From a virus (taxonomy: Duplodnaviria > Caudoviricetes): 50,046 nucleotides of DNA. The DNA lies in the IMG/VR virus record IMGVR_UViG_3300038393_001567, positions 1 to 50,046 of that record; one strand, given 5' to 3'. Shown piece after piece: positions 28,612 through 36,114 of this stretch. How positions within the stretch are numbered: the first letter of the stretch is position 1; each line of letters starts with the position of its first letter. The translations under genes and the position numbers were made by a program. The notes beneath the pieces were generated by a model. That model was not told the DNA's origin and ran no database searches. It saw only the letters and a program-made list of their open reading frames with translations.

Positions 28612-28833
28612 ATGGCAGACGGCAAATACACCATCGAATGCACGAAGGATTACAACTCCTTCTGGAGCAAGGGCGACGCTTTCGACGCCGACACCCTCAA
28701 CCAAGAGGGCGGGTGGATCGTCGGCAAGGACATCGACGGGGAGCGGTACCACTTCCCCCTCACGCACTTCACCTTCCAACGCAACCGCTCGGGCGACTAC
28801 GGGCTCCACTTCCTCCTCCCCTTCGCCAAGTAA
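28612..28833 (+). CDS. Hypothetical early protein
   Basis: Cassette RBS; 73 aa. Confidence 0.65.
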   Translation: MADGKYTIECTKDYNSFWSKGDAFDADTLNQEGGWIVGKDIDGERYHFPLTHFTFQRNRSGDYGLHFLLPFAK

Positions 28834-28845
28834 AGGAGAAACGTT

Positions 28846-29094
28846 ATGGCAACCGAAGGCATCCGAATCCGAGTCACCACCACCATCGGCTCCACCACGC
28901 TGGCAGAGAAACTCGAGTCCCTCACCGTGGAGGAGGCCATGTCCCTGCTGACGGCCCTCTTCCCCGACTTCACCGCGGAGGAGAGTCTCGCCGCTCTCCG
29001 GAAGGGGTACGTCTTGACGGAGGCGGCGTCGCACCACACCGCCCGCATCCGCCTCACCACCGTCATCCGGTTCGAAAGGTTCGAAAGCAAGTAA
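28846..29094 (+). CDS. Hypothetical protein
   Basis: AAGGAG RBS; 82 aa. Confidence 0.6.
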   Translation: MATEGIRIRVTTTIGSTTLAEKLESLTVEEAMSLLTALFPDFTAEESLAALRKGYVLTEAASHHTARIRLTTVIRFERFESK

Positions 29095-29148
29095 CGGGTG
29101 GTCTTCCAACTCCCGCGGCACCCGACTCATCGTGAGCCGGGTGTTTTC

Positions 29149-29167
29149 GTTTGTATACCTTCCCATG
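29149..29167 (+). promoter_or_regulatory. GTTTGTATACCTTCCCATG motif, copy 3 (PRTase start)
   Basis: Identical 19-mer directly after hairpin CACCCG...CGGGTG-TTTT (about 29119-29147). Confidence 0.7.
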
Positions 29168-29743
29168 ACACCACAACCCAAGCTAAACGTCCAACCCATC
29201 CTCTCGCAGTTGGAGATTGCCGCCCAAGTCAACCGCCACGGCCAGCTCATCACCCACCACTACACCGGGGTCGTGGGGGAACTGGTGGTGGTACCCGTCC
29301 TCATCGGGGCCCTGCCGTTCGCCGCCGACCTCCTCCGGTTCATCAAGCGCCCGCTACGCGTCGAGCCCGTGCGCGTCTCCACGTACAAGGGGGAGACCAA
29401 ACACGTCGCCCCGCCGAAGCTCCACGACGACGTCTCCTTCGCCAACGGCCGGCACGTCCTCGTCGTGGAGGACATCCTCGACACCGGCACCACCTTGGCG
29501 CACGTCGTCACGAAACTCCGTCAAGCCGGGGCCCTGTCGGTCGAGGTTATCGCCCTCCTCCGTAAGCAGGGTACGCAGACGGCGTTTCTGGAAGAGCCCC
29601 GGTGGGTGTGCTTCAACGTCCCGCAGTGTTTCGTAGTCGGGTACGGGCTCGACTACCAGCACCTCCACCGCAACATGCCCTTCATCGGGGCCTTGGTGGA
29701 GGAGCGGGGCGTCGGGAAGAAGCCGGAAATCGTCCAATCCTGA
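29165..29743 (+). CDS. hpt: Hypoxanthine/guanine-type purine phosphoribosyltransferase
   Basis: VL.GA..F.ADL, VSTY loop, PRPP motif VLVVEDILDTGTTL, FVVGYGLDY..RN.PFIG. Confidence 0.88.
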   Translation: MTPQPKLNVQPILSQLEIAAQVNRHGQLITHHYTGVVGELVVVPVLIGALPFAADLLRFIKRPLRVEPVRVSTYKGETKHVAPPKLHDDVSFANGRHVLVVEDILDTGTTLAHVVTKLRQAGALSVEVIALLRKQGTQTAFLEEPRWVCFNVPQCFVVGYGLDYQHLHRNMPFIGALVEERGVGKKPEIVQS

Positions 29744-29746
29744 GCC

Positions 29747-30769
29747 ATGCCCTTCGACTTCCTAGCCTTCCTCGCCCAAGAGGCCGTGCCCCACGTCGTG
29801 GGCCCGGCGAAGAACGTGCGCCGCAACCACGTCGGGCTCCAGTGCCCGTTCTGCGGCCCGTCGGACCCGGGGATGCACTTCTCGTACAACCTCGACACCG
29901 GGGCGTACGGGTGTTGGCGCGACTCCACCCACCGCGGCAAGAACGTCTACCGACTCATCCAAGCCGTCAAGGGGTGTAACCGCGACACGGCCCGCGAGAT
30001 CGTGCTCGACGGGCTGGCCACGGAGGAGGTGAGTTGGGAGGAGCTCACGGAGCGGGCCAACAACCTCTTCAAAGCAAAGCCGAGGAAGGAGGGGCTCAAA
30101 CGAATGCGCTTCCCCGACGACTTCAAACCCCCGGCCAAGACGAGGCTCCGCCGCCCGTTCTGGGACTACCTCCGGTACGAACGGGGCTTCCTGAGGGAGC
30201 ACGTGGACTCCGTCGTCGAGCGGTACGGGTTCATGTGTTCCCTCGCCGGGCCGCACGCCGGGCGCCTCATCATCCCCGTCCAAGTCAACGGCGTCCTCAT
30301 CGGCTGGACGGGGCGCACGATCCACGACGTGGAGCCCCGGTACAAGGCGTGGCCCCCGGGCGACACCATCAAGCAAGGCCTCCCGTTTTACGACGTCGTA
30401 ACCGGCTTTAACGAGGGTGCTCGCGGTGCCGTGGGTAACGCCATGCTCGCCGTCGTGGAAGGCGGGCTAGACGCTCCCAAGCTCGACTTCTACGGGGCCG
30501 AGTACGGGCTCAACGCCCTCCCCATCATGGGCACCAGCGCCACCCCGGCACAACTCACCCTTATCGCCAAGGCCGCCAAGTTCTACGAGCGGGTGGTGGT
30601 GCTCCTCGACCAGAAGGCCGAGGCTTCCGCGATGCTGCTGGCGTCACAACTGGCGACGGTGGGGGCCGTGGCCGACTTCCTCCCCGACGACGTGAAGGAC
30701 CCCGGGGCCTTCACCCCACGGCGTGCCGAGAAGTTCGCACGCCACCTCGTCAAGAAGTGGGGGAGGTGA
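29747..30769 (+). CDS. DNA primase (Zn finger plus TOPRIM)
   Basis: CPFC..C, GRLIIPV..GWTGR..PRY, VVEGGLDA, KDPG. Confidence 0.85.
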   Translation: MPFDFLAFLAQEAVPHVVGPAKNVRRNHVGLQCPFCGPSDPGMHFSYNLDTGAYGCWRDSTHRGKNVYRLIQAVKGCNRDTAREIVLDGLATEEVSWEELTERANNLFKAKPRKEGLKRMRFPDDFKPPAKTRLRRPFWDYLRYERGFLREHVDSVVERYGFMCSLAGPHAGRLIIPVQVNGVLIGWTGRTIHDVEPRYKAWPPGDTIKQGLPFYDVVTGFNEGARGAVGNAMLAVVEGGLDAPKLDFYGAEYGLNALPIMGTSATPAQLTLIAKAAKFYERVVVLLDQKAEASAMLLASQLATVGAVADFLPDDVKDPGAFTPRRAEKFARHLVKKWGR

Positions 30770-30919
30770 GCCCGTCACAACCTTTCGGCGTATCCAATAC
30801 GTGTGCGATTTGACTTCATTCTTTCACCCCCTACGTTGACGAGATCCCCGCGGGAGGAGTCCCCGCGCGGGCCGTATCTCGTTTAAGACATCCTAGATTT
30901 TCCCCTCCCTCAACCGGGG

Positions 30920-30948
30920 TTGACGAGTCAACCGACTATGGTTAAGGT
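30920..30948 (+). promoter_or_regulatory. Sigma70-type promoter TTGACG-17-TAAGGT
   Basis: Consensus spacing, upstream of the sigma-like gene. Confidence 0.6.
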
Positions 30949-31058
30949 TTAGGGTTGGTGTCGATCCCTAGTCGGGTGTGGTGCCCGACGCGAGACACTG
31001 ATGGTTGCCGGTGGTGGTGTCACCGGCCAGCGGCTCCTCACATCTCCGGAGTCTCTCG

Positions 31059-31679
31059 ATGCTACGCATCCGTTTCGTCAACCGTGACGGGGAAGAAGAA
31101 GACAGGGAAGAGCGGCGGGTGGAGTTCAACTCCATGCCGTGGGACGGGCCCATCAAGGGGTACGCCATCAACTTCATCGAACACGTCGCGTGGATGTTCG
31201 CCAACCGGTGTGAGCCCGATGACCTGCTCCAAGAGGCGTGGGTGGTGTACTGGAAGGTGAGCGAGGCTTACCCGCACATCTCCAAGCGCAAACACTTCAT
31301 GGCCCTCTTCAAGTCGGCCCTCCGCAACCACTTCATCAACTACAACCGCAAGCTCAAGCGGTTCCCCGACGTCGTCTCCTTGGCCGACGGAGGGGACGGG
31401 GAGGGAGGCGACTCGTCGGAAATGCTGCCGCCCGTCACCGACGGGCTCGCCGCCGCCGAGCAACGCCTCTTCCGCGACTTCGCCCCGGAGCCGGTGAGGA
31501 ACGTTATCAAGCAACTCTGCGAGGGGGAGCTTCCCCTCCGGTACGAGTGGCGCGACGGGGTGCGCGAAACCACCAACGAATTTCTGGCCCGCGTGGCGGG
31601 CGTGCCCGCCTCCACCCCCGTCGTGGAGATGGTGCTCCAGTACGTGGACGGGCAAACCCCGAAGGAAATCAAGTCATGA
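31059..31679 (+). CDS. Phage sigma-factor-like protein (sigma70 region 2-like)
   Basis: EPDDLLQEAWVVYWKV..Y..HFMALFKSALRNHFINYNRK..VSL resembles the region 2 pattern DDL.Q...F......RN. Confidence 0.65.
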   Translation: MLRIRFVNRDGEEEDREERRVEFNSMPWDGPIKGYAINFIEHVAWMFANRCEPDDLLQEAWVVYWKVSEAYPHISKRKHFMALFKSALRNHFINYNRKLKRFPDVVSLADGGDGEGGDSSEMLPPVTDGLAAAEQRLFRDFAPEPVRNVIKQLCEGELPLRYEWRDGVRETTNEFLARVAGVPASTPVVEMVLQYVDGQTPKEIKS

Positions 31680-32116
31680 AGACTACGTGCATGCGCCGGA
31701 TTCAATTCTGCTCGGGCCACCGCCTCGTCGGGCACGAGTCCAAGTGTTCCCACCTCCACGGGCACAACTACGTGGCCATGATTCACTGCGAGGCCGATCA
31801 ACTCGACGGGGTGGGCCGGGTGGTCGACTTCTCCTGCATCAAAGACGTCATTGGTAATTGGATTGACGAGCAGTGGGACCACGGGATGATCCTCCACCAA
31901 GACGACCCCAACGCCCACGCCATCGCCACCGCGAATCTCGGCGGGGTGGGCCGACAGAAGCTTTACTTGATGGCCGTGAACCCCACGGCCGAGAACATGG
32001 CCGCCCACCTCCTCCAAGTGGGCAACCAACTCTTCGAGCGAGCCCACTACTCCGTCCGCGTCGTCAAGGTGGTGCTCTGGGAGACGGAGAACTGCTTCGC
32101 CGAGGTGACGGTCTAG
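31676..32116 (+). CDS. queD: 6-carboxy-5,6,7,8-tetrahydropterin synthase
   Basis: F.SGHRL..H..KC..LHGHNY, G.VVDF, WDH, NPTAENMA, LWET. Confidence 0.93.
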   Translation: MKTTCMRRIQFCSGHRLVGHESKCSHLHGHNYVAMIHCEADQLDGVGRVVDFSCIKDVIGNWIDEQWDHGMILHQDDPNAHAIATANLGGVGRQKLYLMAVNPTAENMAAHLLQVGNQLFERAHYSVRVVKVVLWETENCFAEVTV

Positions 32117-32265
32117 GGAGCAGGGCGAGAAGTAGCCCCCGCAAAATTATTTTGCGTGCCCCGTTGACAACCGATTTGCCCTGAGTGTATACCTTAGCAC
32201 AAGTCGTGAGTGGCCGAGTGGCACCGACGCAGGGAACCCCAACCTCTCCCGAAAGGAGACGCATC

Positions 32266-32928
32266 ATGGCGACGAAGCAGCACGCAATCGAGAAGGCCCT
32301 CATCAAGGCCACCGGGCAGGCCCCCCAGAAGGACGGCGAGAAGCGCGAGAAGTACCTCGCCCGCCTCGCCAAGGCCGGGGCGAAGCTGGAGGAGAAGGAC
32401 TGGAAGGGCCTCACCGCCGACGTGCAGGGCTGGGTGAACGCCGCGGGCGCCGCCTTCAACGACGAGGAGCCCCTCCCCGAGTTCGACGCCGTGCCGGCCC
32501 CGAAGGGCAAGGCCAAGAAGGGCGCCGCCGACGACGACGAGGAGCAGGACGAGGACGAGGAGGAGGGCGACGACGAGGAGGGTGAGGAGGAAGAGGAAGA
32601 GGAAGAGGAAGAGGAGGGCGACGACGAGAAGGAGCAGGAGGAGGGCGACGAGGACGAGGAGGAGGAAGAGGAGGAGGAGAAGCCCGCCAAGAAGACGGCC
32701 AAGAAGGGCGGGGCCAAGAAGGAGCCGAAGGAGAAGAAGCCCCGCGACGGGGCCGTCCACAAGATCCTCACCGTCTGCTGCAAGAACCCGGGCTGGCCGA
32801 TGGACAAGGTCAAGGCCGAGCTGGAGAAGAAGGGCGTGGAGACGAGCGAGGCCACCATCGCCACGCAGTTCCGCAACGCCCGCAACGTCATCGCCGTCTT
32901 GAAGGAACTCGGCAAGCTGGCCGACTAG
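32266..32928 (+). CDS. Protein with a central poly-acidic tract flanked by Lys-rich segments
   Basis: AAGGAG RBS; about 55-residue D/E run; TTGACA and GTATACCT upstream. Confidence 0.75.
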   Translation: MATKQHAIEKALIKATGQAPQKDGEKREKYLARLAKAGAKLEEKDWKGLTADVQGWVNAAGAAFNDEEPLPEFDAVPAPKGKAKKGAADDDEEQDEDEEEGDDEEGEEEEEEEEEEEGDDEKEQEEGDEDEEEEEEEEKPAKKTAKKGGAKKEPKEKKPRDGAVHKILTVCCKNPGWPMDKVKAELEKKGVETSEATIATQFRNARNVIAVLKELGKLAD

Positions 32929-32956
32929 TCACTTGACCCCGGCACCAGAGAGAAGG

Positions 32957-32986
32957 AAACCCCCGGCAACTCGCCGGGGGTTTTTC
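32957..32986 (+). terminator. Intrinsic terminator
   Basis: CCCCCGGC-AACTC-GCCGGGGG-TTTTT. Confidence 0.75.
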
Positions 32987-33036
32987 GTTCCCCCGGTGTG
33001 TATACCTTCTCAACCAACGTACGTAAGGAGACAGTC

Positions 33037-33930
33037 ATGCACAACGACGCGATGCGACAAGTGGAGGGCGGGAGCGCCTTGGTGGTGCTTTCGGGCGGGC
33101 AGGATTCGACCACGGCCCTCTTCTGGGCCTTGGAGCGGTGGAAGGACGTGCGGGCCGTCACCATCGACTACAACCAGCGCCACCGGCTCGAAATCGACGC
33201 GGCGAGGAAGGTGGCCCTACTCGCCGGGGTGCCCCACGAAATTGTCGAGGTCGGCCCCGTCCTCACCGGCACCTCCCCGCTCACCAACCCGCAGGAGAAG
33301 GTCGAGCACTACCCCGACTCCGCCTCCCTCCCGGGCGGGCTGGAGAAGACGTTCGTCCCGCTCCGCAACCCCTTCTTCATCACCATCGCCGCCAACCGGG
33401 CCGCCGTCATGGGCACCGACAACCTCGTCATGGGCCTCTGCCAAGAGGATTACGGCGGGTACCCCGACTGCCGGGCCACCTTCGTACAGAAAATGCAGGA
33501 GGCCATCTCCCAAGCCCTCTACGGCACCGATACCGGCTTCACCATCCACTGCCCCCTGATGTTCCTCACCAAGGCCGAGTCCGTACGGTTCGCCAAGGCC
33601 CGCGGCCCGGTGTGCTGGGAGGCTTTGGGCTTCTCCCACACGGACTACGACGGCCAGTACCCGCCCGTGCCCTTCAACCACGCCTCCCTCCTCCGGGCAC
33701 GGGGTTTCAACCAAGCCGACGAGTGCGACCCCCTCATCCTCCGGGCCAAGAGCGAGGGGAAGCTCCCCGACGACTACCCGTGCGACGGGCTGGTGGAGGG
33801 CACCGTCTACGGCAACCCGACGACGTGGGCCGACGCCGTGCGGGCCGGGCTAGAGGCCCGCAACGGGGCCAAGGGGACGCCCACCACGGCCGAACTCCGG
33901 GCCGCGGGGAAGCGGGGGAAGGGGAAGTAA
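33037..33930 (+). CDS. queC: 7-cyano-7-deazaguanine synthase (variant lacking the Zn cysteines)
   Basis: VVLSGGQDSTT, YNQRH..E, TFVPLRN, GYPDCR, PLMFLTKAE. Confidence 0.9.
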   Translation: MHNDAMRQVEGGSALVVLSGGQDSTTALFWALERWKDVRAVTIDYNQRHRLEIDAARKVALLAGVPHEIVEVGPVLTGTSPLTNPQEKVEHYPDSASLPGGLEKTFVPLRNPFFITIAANRAAVMGTDNLVMGLCQEDYGGYPDCRATFVQKMQEAISQALYGTDTGFTIHCPLMFLTKAESVRFAKARGPVCWEALGFSHTDYDGQYPPVPFNHASLLRARGFNQADECDPLILRAKSEGKLPDDYPCDGLVEGTVYGNPTTWADAVRAGLEARNGAKGTPTTAELRAAGKRGKGK

Positions 33931-33949
33931 CGGCAGCTTCAAATCGTCA

Positions 33950-33998
33950 ACCCGGGAGTAAAGGCGGAATGTTTCCGCCTTCTCCCGGGTGGCTTTTG
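33950..33998 (+). terminator. Long hairpin with T-tract between queC and folE
   Basis: ACCCGGGAG..AAGGCGGAA / TTCCGCCTT-CTCCCGGGT then GGCTTTT. Confidence 0.55.
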
Positions 33999-34012
33999 GT
34001 GGAGAGACGGTG

Positions 34013-34615
34013 ATGAATCAAACGGCGTACGAATTAAACGGCACCGAAGTCGAAGCCCACGTCATCGAACGATTCGTGCGGGCTTTGATTCGGCGTGCCG
34101 GTGACGACCCCAACCGCCCCGGCGTGACGGAAACCCCGGCACGTTTCCTCAAGGCTTGGGACTTCTACACGTCGGGCTACAAGCACAAGCCGGAGGAGTT
34201 CTTCAAGACGTTCGCCGACGGGGCCGAGGGCGTGGACGAGATGGTGGTGGTGGGTCCGCTCCGCGTCTACTCCATGTGCGAGCACCACCTCGCCCCCTTC
34301 TTCGGCAAGGCGTGGATCGGGTACATCCCCAACGGCAAGGTACTCGGGCTCTCCAAGATGCCCCGCCTCCTGCGCATCTTCTCCCGCCGCCTCCAAGTGC
34401 AGGAGAGGCTCACCAACCAAGTGGCCGACGCCATGGTCCAACACCTCCAGCCCCTCGGCGTCGGCGTCGTGCTCCAGTGCCGGCACCTCTGCATGGAGTG
34501 CCGGGGCGTGGAGGAGGTCGGGGCCGTCACCACCACGTCCGCCCTCCGGGGCAACATCAAGAACCTGCCCGACGCCCGGGCGGAATTCTTGGCTTTCGCT
34601 CACAACGGTAAATGA
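34013..34615 (+). CDS. folE: GTP cyclohydrolase I
   Basis: ETPAR, YSMCEHHLAPFFG, GLSK..R, RRLQVQERLT, HLCM..RGV. Confidence 0.95.
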   Translation: MNQTAYELNGTEVEAHVIERFVRALIRRAGDDPNRPGVTETPARFLKAWDFYTSGYKHKPEEFFKTFADGAEGVDEMVVVGPLRVYSMCEHHLAPFFGKAWIGYIPNGKVLGLSKMPRLLRIFSRRLQVQERLTNQVADAMVQHLQPLGVGVVLQCRHLCMECRGVEEVGAVTTTSALRGNIKNLPDARAEFLAFAHNGK

Positions 34616-34674
34616 TCGACGTCGACGCTTACATGAATTGGCTAACCCGCCCGGAATCGGGCAAGGAGAACGTC

Positions 34675-34959
34675 ATGAGTTGGTCCGCGAGTGGAAAGAT
34701 CCTTACCCAACCGGGTCGTGCCCCGGTAATCGAGCTGTCGGCACAGCAGACGCAGACGGGCAACGGGGCTCAGGAGTCCAAGGACGCCTTGGAGATGGCC
34801 AAGACCGTAGCCCGTGACATCGTCGACACCGGGCGCCTCGGCACCGGTGAGTTCACCGTCAACCTCTCCGGCCATGCTAACGACGGGAATAAGCCGGTGC
34901 CCGGGTGGTCCAACGACTACCTCACCATTACCATCAACCAGCAGTCACCGCCGAAGTAA
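34675..34959 (+). CDS. Hypothetical protein within the deazaguanine cluster
   Basis: AAGGAG RBS before the ATG at 34675; VNLSGHAN..PGWSND motif. Confidence 0.6.
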   Translation: MSWSASGKILTQPGRAPVIELSAQQTQTGNGAQESKDALEMAKTVARDIVDTGRLGTGEFTVNLSGHANDGNKPVPGWSNDYLTITINQQSPPK

Positions 34960-35082
34960 CCCGGCACACCACAACCCGCAATCCCCCGGCAGGACGGGCG
35001 GTCTCCCCTCTCCACCAACGGGCCACCCTCACCACCCTGCCGGGGGATTTGCGTTTTGTATAGATTTGACGGGGAGACTAAG

Positions 35083-36114
35083 GTGAGCCCGCGAATGATC
35101 CGACACGTACGACTACTCCTAGACTCCGGGGCCTTCTCCGCTTGGCGGATGCGCAAGCGGATTCCCCTCGCGGAGTACGTCGACTTCGTCGAGCGCCACC
35201 ACGACTACCTCACCCACTACGTCAACCTCGACGAGATCCCCGGCACCCCGGGGGCCAACCCCACCTCCCGCCAAGTCGACGAGGCGGCGCACGCCAGTTG
35301 GTCCAACTACCTCAAGATGCGCGAGGCGGGCCTCGACCCGTGGCCCGTCTTCCACATCGGCGAGCGGTTCCTCTGGCTGGAGAAGATGGTGAGTGCCGGG
35401 GCGAAGTACGTCGCCCTCGGGGGCATCGCACTGGTCGACGAGCGGGAGCGGCGGCGGTGGCTGGACGACGTGTTCCACTTCCTCTCCGGCAACCGCGGGT
35501 ACCCGATGGTGAAGGTGCACGGTCTCGGCGTCTCCTCCGCGGAGATCATCCACCGCTACCCGTGGGCCTCCACCGACTCGACGACGTGGCTTAGCGTGGC
35601 GTCCAACGGGGCCGTGCTCATCCCCGCCGAGGGCGACTTCGAACGCAAGCCCCTCCAAGTCGAGTTCGTCACCAAGAAGCTCAACGGCGAGGCCTCCACC
35701 TCCACGGCCAAGGCCGCCCACTTCAAGCAACTCGGCCCGGGGTATCAACGGTACGTCACCGACTACCTCAAGCAAGAGGGGTACGAGCCCGACGGGCTGG
35801 AGCACTACGTGGACCGGCGGCGACTCAACGTCCGGTACTTCCTCCGGTGTGCCGCGGCTCACCGCCTCCGCCCCTTCCGCTCGGTTACTAGCAACGTGTT
35901 CCGAACCGCCACCCTCCCCGGCCTCCCGTCGAAGCCCGACCGGTTCCGCTTCTACTTCGCCTCGGACCGCCGGTGGATGATGGCCAAGCCCCTCCACGAC
36001 GAGGGGGCCCGCAATCAACTCCTCTCGTACTACATGCTGAAAGACGCCACGGACTTGCGGGAGTACGTGTTGACGGGCGAATTCCCCCACATCGAAAAGG
36101 AAGCCAGCAAGTGA
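35083..36114 (+). CDS. dpdA: DpdA/TGT-like deazaguanine DNA transglycosylase, paralog 1
   Basis: LLDSGAFSAW, NLD.IPG, PVFHIGE, VALGG, KVHGLG, YPWASTDSTTW; adjacent to folE and queC. Confidence 0.7.
   Translation: MSPRMIRHVRLLLDSGAFSAWRMRKRIPLAEYVDFVERHHDYLTHYVNLDEIPGTPGANPTSRQVDEAAHASWSNYLKMREAGLDPWPVFHIGERFLWLEKMVSAGAKYVALGGIALVDERERRRWLDDVFHFLSGNRGYPMVKVHGLGVSSAEIIHRYPWASTDSTTWLSVASNGAVLIPAEGDFERKPLQVEFVTKKLNGEASTSTAKAAHFKQLGPGYQRYVTDYLKQEGYEPDGLEHYVDRRRLNVRYFLRCAAAHRLRPFRSVTSNVFRTATLPGLPSKPDRFRFYFASDRRWMMAKPLHDEGARNQLLSYYMLKDATDLREYVLTGEFPHIEKEASK

Noticed and set aside
32930-35082. preQ1 riboswitch upstream of the que genes
   Set aside because: No recognisable preQ1-I stem-loop with A-rich tail; an Rfam scan is needed to exclude it formally
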